This document shows, piece after piece, positions 55,464 through 64,000 of a stretch of 64,000 bases of DNA. The position numbers and the translations under genes are program-made. Within the stretch, counting starts at the first letter, position 1; each line of letters begins with the position of its first letter. Below the pieces are notes generated by a model. That model was given only the letters and a program-made list of their open reading frames with translations, did not search any database and was not told the origin of the DNA. Origin of the DNA: Amoebidium appalachense. Its lineage: Eukaryota > Protista > Ichthyosporea. Where the stretch lies: positions 4,082,047-4,146,046 of the forward strand of contig CAVNZM010000004.1 of the NCBI GenBank assembly GCA_963693365.1, in the 5' to 3' direction.

Positions 55464-55946
55464 TTATTTGGGCTTGTGCTTATGGCAATGGGTCGTAGAT
55501 TTCACCCTGTTTTTGCAGGGATTGCCAGCCTTGGTTTTGCCCTGGCAGTACCCATTTTCCCTGCCCACACCCACCGCTGCAGCTGCAACCGGTGGCTGTG
55601 GTGCACCCATGGGTGGATCCGGAGTGGACACAGTCAGCGCGGGTACCCCGGTGCGCTCGGTGCGAGGGCGCTGCATTTCTGCGACTGTAAAGGCGGCCAG
55701 GAGGTCGTCCAGCAGGAGGTTTGCATGAGCATAGTCCCCGGCCTTGTGGGGGTGGAGGATGTTGATGGTGTTGTCGCTGTAGAGGAGGACACCGGTGGCA
55801 GGGGCAAAGCATACCCAGGGCTTGAAGCCGTCCTTGTGGTGTGGGCATGTTTTCTTTTTGTTTTTGCACTGGGCTTTTTTTGAGGGTGCAAATGCAGGGC
55901 ATCGTTCGGGGTCAACCGAATCGGGGCGCAAAAGTGCGTCTCCCAT
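55464..55946 (-). CDS. Intronless protein with two C-x-C-x-C-xx-H finger motifs (DUF5763-like)
   Basis: RCPAFAPSKKAQCKNKKKTCPHH and YCQGKTKAGNPCKNRVKSTTHCHKH. ATG at 55946; AATAAA overlaps the stop. Confidence 0.7.
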   Translation of the reverse strand: MGDALLRPDSVDPERCPAFAPSKKAQCKNKKKTCPHHKDGFKPWVCFAPATGVLLYSDNTINILHPHKAGDYAHANLLLDDLLAAFTVAEMQRPRTERTGVPALTVSTPDPPMGAPQPPVAAAAVGVGRENGYCQGKTKAGNPCKNRVKSTTHCHKHKPK

Positions 55947-56250
55947 TTCTAGTGTTTTGTTTTGGTGTGCACTGTTCTTGGATTGGGGTGAAGCGAGACA
56001 AAAAGTAAAAGCGAGTACTTTTTGTTGACTGGTTGATGGCATATCAATCAATCTCTTGGTGCCAAACCACTGACCAATCACATGGGTGTATTCACGAATT
56101 CCAATCTAAATTCGGCATCTGGAGAGAGGGGTACTGGTAAAACACAAGAGCAACACGGCATCAAGAGTTTGTACCACAGGCAAGATCTCAGAGAGGTCAC
56201 TTTTGGGGTGTAACACGTCGGATACTGAAAGTTTTGTGAGGTACACGTAC

Positions 56251-56523
56251 ATGTTCGACAGCACGGTCACCACAGGCATTCTTTATGTGATATCTATATG
56301 CAGTGTCGTTGCAAATATACACTGGTACAATTTAATGAAGTCCGAACCGAATGCTAGAGAGAAAGTGAACAAAATGTATCTGGTGTACGTCAGCGCTGCT
56401 ATTGTCCTCACATGTTTATTGGTTACACCATTGATGTATGCAGTCATATACTATTTCAATAAGAAGACGGGTGCTGCGGAGTACGACACCGCTCTGAGAC
56501 AAACAAGTCACTCGGACTTTTAA
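56251..56523 (+). CDS. Small two-TM membrane protein (~90 aa), unknown function
   Basis: Non-repetitive ORF with two hydrophobic segments (GILYVISICSVVANI; YLVYVSAAIVLTCLLVTPLMYAVIYYF). Confidence 0.5.
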   Translation: MFDSTVTTGILYVISICSVVANIHWYNLMKSEPNAREKVNKMYLVYVSAAIVLTCLLVTPLMYAVIYYFNKKTGAAEYDTALRQTSHSDF

Positions 56524-56546
56524 TCCGATTGACGTGTCACCGCGCC

Positions 56547-56940
56547 AGCGCTGCATACAAAAAGACCCGAAGTGGAGTATACGACAAACCCAGCGCCAGC
56601 GCTTCATACCCAAAGTGGATACAATAAAAAGACAGTTGCTGTGTGTGCAAAGCTGTGTGTGCAAAAAGAGGGGAAATAAGCGCTGCATACAAAAGCCCCG
56701 AAGTGGAGTATACGACAAACCCAGCGCCAGCGCTTCATACCCAAAGTGGATACAATAAAAAGACAGTTGCTGTGTGTGCAAAGCTGTGTGTGCAAAAAGA
56801 GGGGAAATAAGCGCTGCATACAAAAGCCCCGAAGTGGAGTATACGACAAACCCAGCGCCAGCGCTTCATACCCAAAGTGGATACAATAAAAAGACAGTTG
56901 CTGTGTGTGCAAAGCTGTGTGTGCAAAAAGAGGGGAAATA
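56547..56940. repeat. 3 x 131/132-bp tandem repeat
   Basis: Near-identical units start at 56547, 56679 and 56810. Confidence 0.95.
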
Positions 56941-56945
56941 AATAC

Positions 56946-57039
56946 TTTAAACGTGCATGCAATATACATCGATAGACTTATGAAAGCACACAAACTGTGT
57001 GCCACACGGGCATGCATGCATGGGGAGGGAGTGTGGGGT

Positions 57040-57073
<34 letters not shown>

Positions 57074-57212
57074 GACTTTGAACGTGCATGCAATAGACTT
57101 ATGAAAGCACACAAACTGTGTGCCACACGGGCATGCATGCATCGATAGACTTATGAAAGCACACAAACTGTGTGCCACACGGGCATGCATGCATGGGGAG
57201 GGAGTGTGGGGT

Positions 57213-57249
<37 letters not shown>

Positions 57250-57411
57250 GGGGGGGGTGGGGGGGGGGGGGAGACTTTGAACGTGCATGCAATAGACTTA
57301 TGAAAGCACACAAGCTGTGTGCCACACGGGCATGCATGCATCGATAGACTTATGAAAGCACACAAACTGTGTGCCACACGGGCATGCATGCATGGGGAGG
57401 GAGTGTGGGGT

Positions 57412-57444
<33 letters not shown>

Positions 57445-57739
57445 GACTTTGAACGTGCATGCAATAGACTTATGAAAGCACACAAACTGTGTGCCACACG
57501 GGCATGCATGCATGGGGAGGGAGTGTGGGGAGGGGGAGGGGGGGGGGGGGGGAGACTTTGAACGTGCATGCAATAGACTTATGAAAGCACACAAACTGTG
57601 TGCCACACGGGCATGCATGCACGGGGTTTAGGGTTTAGGGTAAGGTGGGGGGGGGGGGGAGACTTTGAACGTGCATGCATCGATAGACTTATGAAAGCAC
57701 ACAAACTGTGTGCCACACGGGCATGCATGCATGGGGAGG

Positions 57740-57772
<33 letters not shown>

Positions 57773-57797
57773 GGGGGGAGACTTTGAACGTGCATGC
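56946..57797. repeat. Array of 8 conserved ~49-bp hairpin-containing units interleaved with G-tracts
   Basis: atagacttatgaaagcacacaaactgtgtgccacacgggcatgcatgca at ~56972, 57093, 57145, 57292, 57344, 57464, 57573 and 57683. Confidence 0.92.
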
Positions 57798-57867
57798 AAG
57801 TGTGTACCAAAAGGGACCTGGACTTCTTTGTATACAATCGATATTTAATCGGTTGAAAACAGCAAAA

Positions 57868-57960
57868 CAAGACTTGTACATATATAATAACCACAAGATA
57901 CTAAACCATCCAGAAGACTTGTACATATATAATAACCACAAGATACTAAACCATCCAGAA
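57868..57960. repeat. 2 x 46-bp direct repeat
   Basis: aagacttgtacatatataataaccacaagatactaaaccatccaga occurs twice. Confidence 0.85.
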
Positions 57961-58142
57961 CCAGAAAAAAAAGATGCCTACATGCTATGATCCATAAGAT
58001 GCTCGTTAACATAAATACAGAAACCGTAAGGTGCTACCAGTATCAACAGTCATATATTAAAATACATCAGCCAGCCCCTGTGGCCATACCCAGCCCCTGA
58101 CACATACAACAAAATCAAAACACACCCCTCACCACTCCCAAC

Positions 58143-59366
58143 CTAATCTTCATCGTCTTCATCACTGTCCCCGTGAATAACCTGTATATCTGAAACTTGC
58201 TTTGCTCGTGTCCTGCCACTGCGGGCAGGGGCTGGTTTCTGACTCTGTTTTGGTTTCTTTGCTCGACCACTTTCTTTCCCTTTCTTCCCCTCGACCTTCT
58301 CGCCCAAAGCCATCATGTCCTCCAATTCCTCATCTAATGCCGTCTCAAATGACGTCTCTTCCTGGCGGTGCCGTTTGTACACACCAAAAGAAATATCTGA
58401 CACCCCTCTCTTTGAACCCTGGGAATATGCAGAGGGGTTCGACATCATGGAGGCACCAAAAGTGTGGGATTGGGTGCTGGTAACGGTGGTGAGGGACGGA
58501 TTGAAGGGGGGTACGGGCATGACAGGTGGGGGGAGGGGGAGAATGGGCAGGGGGAGGTTGAGGGGGGTTTTGGGCTGAGTGGTACCGGGCGGGGGGAGGG
58601 TGGGGATGGGATTTTGATTGGTCGTACCAGGGGGGGGGAGGGGGGGGGCGAGACCGTGTTGGACGGTAATGTCGGGGAGGGGCTGGGGGTCATTCCAATC
58701 ACGAAGTTTCTGTGTGCTCTCGTCGATTGTTCTACGGTATGATTCCCTCATGGTCGCAATGTGTGACTGAAGCTTGGTAATCTCGGCCCGGTATCTTTCC
58801 CCTTCAGTCTGATGCTCCAGGATATCGGCCACCTTTCCAACAAGCTGCCCTTCGAGGTCCCGATTCTTTGCCGATAACACCTGTTCCTTTGCATCTGCAA
58901 GGTGTTTTTGTTTGGCCGCCGCCGATTTTAGCTCGGCAATTTCCCCCTTAAGGATTTGGATGTCGTGATCCTTCGTTTGTAATTCTTTCTCTGCGGCTTC
59001 CAGCTTCTCCTGCAATTCGGTGGTTGGGGTGGTGACAGCGGGTGCAGTGGCCGCAGTACCGACCTTTGCCAATGCAGAGGCAATGGCACTGTCTACTTTC
59101 GACTGCAACACAGTCTCCAAGTACTCTTCGAACATTTTTGGATCGACGGGAGCAGTGTCGCCGGAGTGTGGGGGGGGGTTGGATGGGGGGGGGGACGTCG
59201 CCGCCGGAGCCTGAGTGTGGGGGGGGTTGGTTGGGGAGGGGACTTCGCCGCCGGAGTGTGGGGGGGGGTTGGATGGGGGGGGGGCTTGCGTTGTGACGGG
59301 GTCGGCGGACTTGCTGATGTTGGTTTCGTATGACCCCGACCCGGGAGCTTGCTGGGAATAATCCAT
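58143..59366 (-). CDS. Intronless Pro-rich/coiled-coil protein (~407 aa) with basic and acidic C-terminus, unknown function
   Basis: ATG at 59366 (MDYSQQ). PPPSNPPPHSG repeats, a long heptad region (TELQEKLEAAEKEL...STQKLRDW), YKRHR and KKPK basic patches, DSDEDDED end. Confidence 0.75.
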   Translation of the reverse strand: MDYSQQAPGSGSYETNISKSADPVTTQAPPPSNPPPHSGGEVPSPTNPPHTQAPAATSPPPSNPPPHSGDTAPVDPKMFEEYLETVLQSKVDSAIASALAKVGTAATAPAVTTPTTELQEKLEAAEKELQTKDHDIQILKGEIAELKSAAAKQKHLADAKEQVLSAKNRDLEGQLVGKVADILEHQTEGERYRAEITKLQSHIATMRESYRRTIDESTQKLRDWNDPQPLPDITVQHGLAPPLPPPGTTNQNPIPTLPPPGTTQPKTPLNLPLPILPLPPPVMPVPPFNPSLTTVTSTQSHTFGASMMSNPSAYSQGSKRGVSDISFGVYKRHRQEETSFETALDEELEDMMALGEKVEGKKGKESGRAKKPKQSQKPAPARSGRTRAKQVSDIQVIHGDSDEDDED

Positions 59367-59419
59367 CGTGACAGTTTTCACAAAAAAAAGGATAAACAAA
59401 GGGAAAAAAAGAAAGGAAG

Positions 59420-59690
59420 TCTTACGTTTCTCTGCGCAAACACAGTCGTGTGCAAACCCAGTCGTGAACAAGGGAAAAAGGAAAAAAAAAACAAGGGAAA
59501 AAGGAAAAAAAAAAAGAAAGTGCTACGAATACGATTCTCTGTTGTGAACAAAGGAAAAAGTAAAAAAAAGAGTGTTACGTTTCTCTGCGCAAACACAGTC
59601 CTGTGCAAACCCAGTCGTGAACAAGAGAAAAAGAAAAAAAAAAGAGAGTGTTACGTTTCTCTAGGCAAACACCGTCGTGTGTAAACACAG
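59420..59690. repeat. Three ~50-bp direct repeats upstream of the coiled-coil gene
   Basis: ttacgtttctctgcgcaaacacagtc.tgtgcaaacccagtcgtgaacaag at ~59421 and ~59575, plus a degenerate copy at ~59651. Confidence 0.8.
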
Positions 59691-59989
59691 CCATGAACAA
59701 AAGAATCAGAAAAGTAGAAAATGACAGCGCTGTGAACTGATATAAAAAAACCGTCATCAATAATTTATGTGAAGCCATTGCGCAAAATACGATCTTATGT
59801 TACGAGAATCAAGCATAAGAAAAACAGAACCTTTTGGCGCTGTTAGCGAATATATCTCTAATCGTGTTTGGTTCACAGGTAAACTGTATAAAAAAGGTGA
59901 ATATACGAAATAAAAATATAATATACAGGACAAAACGAGCGCTAGTTTAAAACATCGAAGGATATACGCTTTCACAACATCTTATTCGC

Positions 59990-60730
59990 GGACCTTTTTA
60001 CGTGCAAGCGTTTGATTGGTGCATAGGGGTTGGTTCTTGCCCCACGTGATTCGCGGCGCTGATGCTCAGGGTATTCTGATTGACCGAAATCGAAGCATCG
60101 GATTCAAATTGGGCAAATACAAAACGCTTTCCAACCAAAATCCCAAGCGCATGGTTGTTTATTTATAGAACCTTATATGTCATAAAACATACAACCCTCT
60201 TTTAGGATTTCCCTTATTCCTTGCTCAGTCAAAACGCTCCAGGGTCGGTGCTGCTATCAGTCACTAAGTAATTTCATTGGCCAGTCATCACGTAAATGCG
60301 CCAGCCAACAAAACCAATCGGTGATTGGTGAATAATGGTTGGGTCAACGTGATCGGGCACTGGTACTCTAGGCAAGCGCTTATCGGCATTGGTACAATCT
60401 AGTTGGTCAATACACCGTGACTCAAGGCTGCAACGCTTTTCGAAGACCAGATTCACAGGACCCTTTCCAAACAAAATTCCAAGCAAATGTCTGTGTCCGC
60501 GTAAAGTATAAATAAACATAAATAAATTATGCTTTTTTAATATTTATTGCCTATTAGAATAAATCACAATTGTTACTCGTAAAAGGGTCTTGGTTGGGCA
60601 GGCTGGCCTTGCTACCCAAACTATTATTAGCCGATCTCACTGATTAGCTTATTATCACGTACGCGCCAATCAGTGATTCCATTGGCCAAACTGAACAAAA
60701 CATTAATTGGCCAGTCATCAAAAACGTGAT
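59990..60730. promoter_or_regulatory. CCAAT-rich, probably bidirectional promoter region
   Basis: Multiple CCAAT/ATTGG boxes and a repeated attggccagtcatca (~60276 and ~60706) between divergent genes at 59366(-) and 61661(+). Confidence 0.4.
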
Positions 60731-60844
60731 TTTCTTGCTTGCTTCAAGCTTTGCGAAATGAGAATATATGTTCAACACTCTCTTTGCGCTCTATATACAA
60801 CGGAGAAATTACAAGAGTCCATCTTGATTCCCGAACGAACAAAT

Positions 60845-61108
60845 ATAACCAAGCGCACCACACCAGTTCGTGTTACTTTCGCCCGGCGCTGCTGTTGTAC
60901 ATGTTTCAAACATAACCAAGCGCGCCACACCAATTCGTGTCACTTTCGCCCAACGCTGCTGTTGTGCATGTTTCAAACGTAATCAGGCGCACCACATCAG
61001 TTCGTGTCACTTTCGCCCAGCGCTGCTGTTGTGCATGTTTCAAACATAATCAAGCGCACCACACCAGTTCGTGTCACTTTCGCCCGGCGCTGCTGTTGTA
61101 CATGTTTC
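60845..61108. repeat. 4 x 67-bp tandem repeat
   Basis: The anchor a(a/g)gcgc recurs at 60851, 60918, 60985 and 61052. Confidence 0.93.
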
Positions 61109-61408
61109 CATTGTAATTACAAATAGGCTAGATTGCCAAAAACAGAACGAAAACAACAAAGAAACTTGTTATAATAACCTGTGCACACCGCGCTATCAGT
61201 TGTCCCCTTTTTTAGCCAATACAGATACATAGAATTTCCTTCATGTTTCCCTGTGCGAGGCACATTTTAGGCTTATGCACACAATCGTAGATTGTTTGGG
61301 ATACGAAAACAGAGCACACACACAAACGAGTTCTGCTAAACACAAACATTGTTAGACTGGACACAAAAAACATAGCGCGCGCATGCACGAGCTTTCCTAG
61401 GAACGATT

Positions 61409-61545
<137 letters not shown>

Positions 61546-61660
61546 AAGCACGAGCGCTACAACACGGTGGCACAAGCACACAGACAGAGCGCTCTCACAG
61601 ACAGTCTTACAGGCAGAGGGTGCTCACAATTACACACATCACAAAAACACACACAGCAAC

Positions 61661-63937
61661 ATGGCTGTTAACGGCAATATTCTGGCGCTCATCACTCGTG
61701 CATTCCCGAGCAGCATACCACTCGACCCACCCACATTTAGGCTTTCGAACGACGTTGATCCGTCAGTTATATTTACCGGTAAAAGGCTACTCACACGTCA
61801 GAGTATTTATCGTCATCCTCAAAAAAAAAAAACTCGCACCGATCATATATTTGGTGATGCCAACGGGTTCAGAACATGTTTATGTTTTTTTGATTGAACT
61901 GGACGACGGACGTCCTAGTTGCAGGAAGAACTACAACCTACACGAATTCGAAAACGACATGGGCATCCCGGAAGTTGTAGCCTGGATTCTCAGATTTGGT
62001 GGTCCTCGATGGAAGATTTATGATCTTCACAGTTATCATCCGTTTTCGAGTGAGGGTTGGGCGGTGAAGCTCGGTCGCATTTCTCTGTATCCTGGCAGTA
62101 AGGACTACAGTCGCATACCTGCCGTGGTGGGTACTTTGCCGGGGGAGTTCCAGATTTGTCGCATCTTCAAAAAGCACGGATGGAAAGTGTGGTGGGATGG
62201 GGCTGCACGTAGCCCCCCAGGCAGCCCCGCTTTCAAGCTACCTGCACCGACGAGTGACCGACCGAGAAAGCGGGCAAGAGTGGAGGGGGGGGGAGAGGGA
62301 GGGGGTGGGGAGGGGGGAGAGGGGGGAGGGAGAGGGGGAGGGAGAGGGAGAGGGTGGGGGTGGGGAGGGGGGGGAGGGGGAGGGGGAGGGAGAGGGAGAG
62401 GGTGGGCGTGGGGAGGGGGGAGAGGGGGAGGGGGAGGGGAGAGGGAGAGGGTGGGGGTGGGGAGGGGGGAGAGGGGGAGGGGGGAGGGAGAGGGAGAGGG
62501 TGGGGATGGGGGAGGAGAGGGAGGGGCAGAGGGGGCAGAGGGCTACCGCCACACCCGCAACACATCTCCTTGGGATTTCAGGCCGGGTAACCCCCCCCCC
62601 CCAACACACAAGCCATTACACGTCTGCACGCATGCATGCACCTGGGCTATCCCCCCTCTCCCCGCACACACACGGAAGGGATCACACGTCTGCACGCACG
62701 CATGCACCTGGGCTATCCCCCCCCGCTCCCCCCCCCCCCCCCCCCCCCCCCCCCAACACACAAGCCATTACACGTCTGCACGCATGCATGCACCTGGGCT
62801 ATCCCCCCTCTCCCCGCACACACACGGAAGGGATCACACGTCTGCACGCATGCATGCACCTGGGCTATCCCCCCTCTCCCCGCACACACACGGAAGGGAT
62901 CACACGTCTGCACGCATGCATGCACCTGGGCTATCCCCCCTCTCCCCGCACACACACGGAAGGGATCACACGTCTGCACGCATGCATGCACCTGGGCTAT
63001 CCCCCCTCTCCCCGCACACACACGGAAGGGATCACACGTCTGCACGCATGCATGCACCTGGGCTATCCCCCCTCTCCCCGCACACACACGGAAGGGATCA
63101 TATGTCTGCACGCACGCATGCACCTGCCAGGCTATCCCCCCCCCCCCCCCCCCCCCAACACACAAGCCATTACACGTCTGCACGCATGCATGCACCTGGG
63201 CACCTCGACTAGTCCCCGCCACACACACCCAACCACCACCACCACCACACACATACACAGAGAGAGAGAGAGAGCACACACCTGCACACGTGCATCCACC
63301 TTGGCTAATCCTACCCCCCACCCCGACACACACGCACACGCACACCCGGCACAAACATGCACACACACCCGGCACACACGTGCACACACGCATGGCACAC
63401 ACACACACACACACACAGAGCAAGAAGCGGAGGAGGCGGATAGGGGGCAACAGCAGGGGGCGGAGACAGGGGAGTCGGTGGGGTTCACCGAGGTACCCGT
63501 GAAACATCTCAGCCAACTGCAGTTAGAAAAGCTCTCATTTGAGACGATAGTTAGGGTAATGGAAAAACGACACGAGGTTCGGGCAGCTGGTGCCGTCAAG
63601 TTCATGCTTCCCGAACCGGTAGTGCAGGGGCTGAAAGAGGCTGCTTGGGCCACACCAGTGAGAAAATCCTACACCAAGATCTGTCTGGAGGCTACCGCCA
63701 TCAAGGATGTCTTCCTCGTTTATAGGGACGACATCAAAGAGCAAATTCCAGAGGTGCGTATTTGCAACCATTAGGGTATGGTTACCGTGAACAGGAGCTA
63801 ACACGATTGAGCAGGGGGACCCGTTGGATGAGGAGGAGTTCTGGGGGCAATTGGACTGCTTACCGGAAACTTACAGTAAAATGTTCTTTTACGGAACGGA
63901 TCTGACACCTCTTAAAAACACCCATACACCCAGTGAG
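61661..63937 (+). CDS. Divergent JmjN/JmjC (KDM4/KDM5-type) histone demethylase-like gene with an extra N-terminal domain; continues beyond the window
   Basis: Exons ~61661 (or 61857)-62586, 63419-63753, 63815-63937 are phase-compatible. JmjN-like SFETIVRVMEKRHEVRAAGAVKFMLPE; pre-JmjC motif EEEFWGQL...FYGTDL (compare E..FW....YGAD); NLS-like RPRKRAR. A start at 61661 needs a frameshift in the A12 run at 61821-61832. The catalytic HxE..H residues are not inside the window. Confidence 0.62.
62600..63200. repeat. 66-bp minisatellite inside intron 1 of the Jmj gene
   Basis: ggaagggat anchors at 62826, 62892, 62958, 63024 and 63090 (period 66), plus variant units at both ends. Confidence 0.93.
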
Positions 63938-64000
63938 GTACGTGTGTGTCATGTGTGTGTATGTGCGTGTGTTTGTGCAGAGGGTGCATGTTGTGTAGGC

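Noticed and set aside
56946-57797. CRISPR-like appearance (palindromic repeat with spacers)
   Set aside because: Spacers are near-identical G-tracts or absent rather than unique sequences; there are no cas genes and the context is eukaryotic.
61620-63774. Long 525-530 aa ORFs with 22-aa repeats
   Set aside because: The 66-bp minisatellite is open in several frames and lies between a good donor (62587) and acceptor (63418), so it is treated as intronic.

Overview
This is a eukaryotic genomic window with introns full of (GT)n/(CA)n and poly-G/poly-C tracts, so most ORFs in the six-frame track are artefacts. The gene set (CPD, TIMP-like, Myc/Mlx-type bHLH-ZIP, CCDC174, SIRT6/7, DNAJC14) suggests a holozoan, possibly a unicellular animal relative; that is inference only. 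Spliced models reconstructed by hand, left to right: the 3' part of a carboxypeptidase D gene (+), a secreted N-TIMP/NTR + 3x PSI-like protein (+), a bHLH-ZIP transcription factor (+), three identical tRNA-His(GUG) genes (-), CCDC174 (-), a class IV sirtuin (-) and an intronless DNAJC14/Jiv-like gene (+). From about 53.4 kb the sequence changes to a compact, virus/transposon-like island. It holds an intronless PD-(D/E)XK nuclease, a twin Cys/His-finger protein, a small 2-TM protein, several tandem-repeat arrays, a Pro-rich coiled-coil protein, and a divergent JmjN/JmjC (KDM4/5-type) gene that runs off the window end. All protein family calls are from motif recognition, with no database search.
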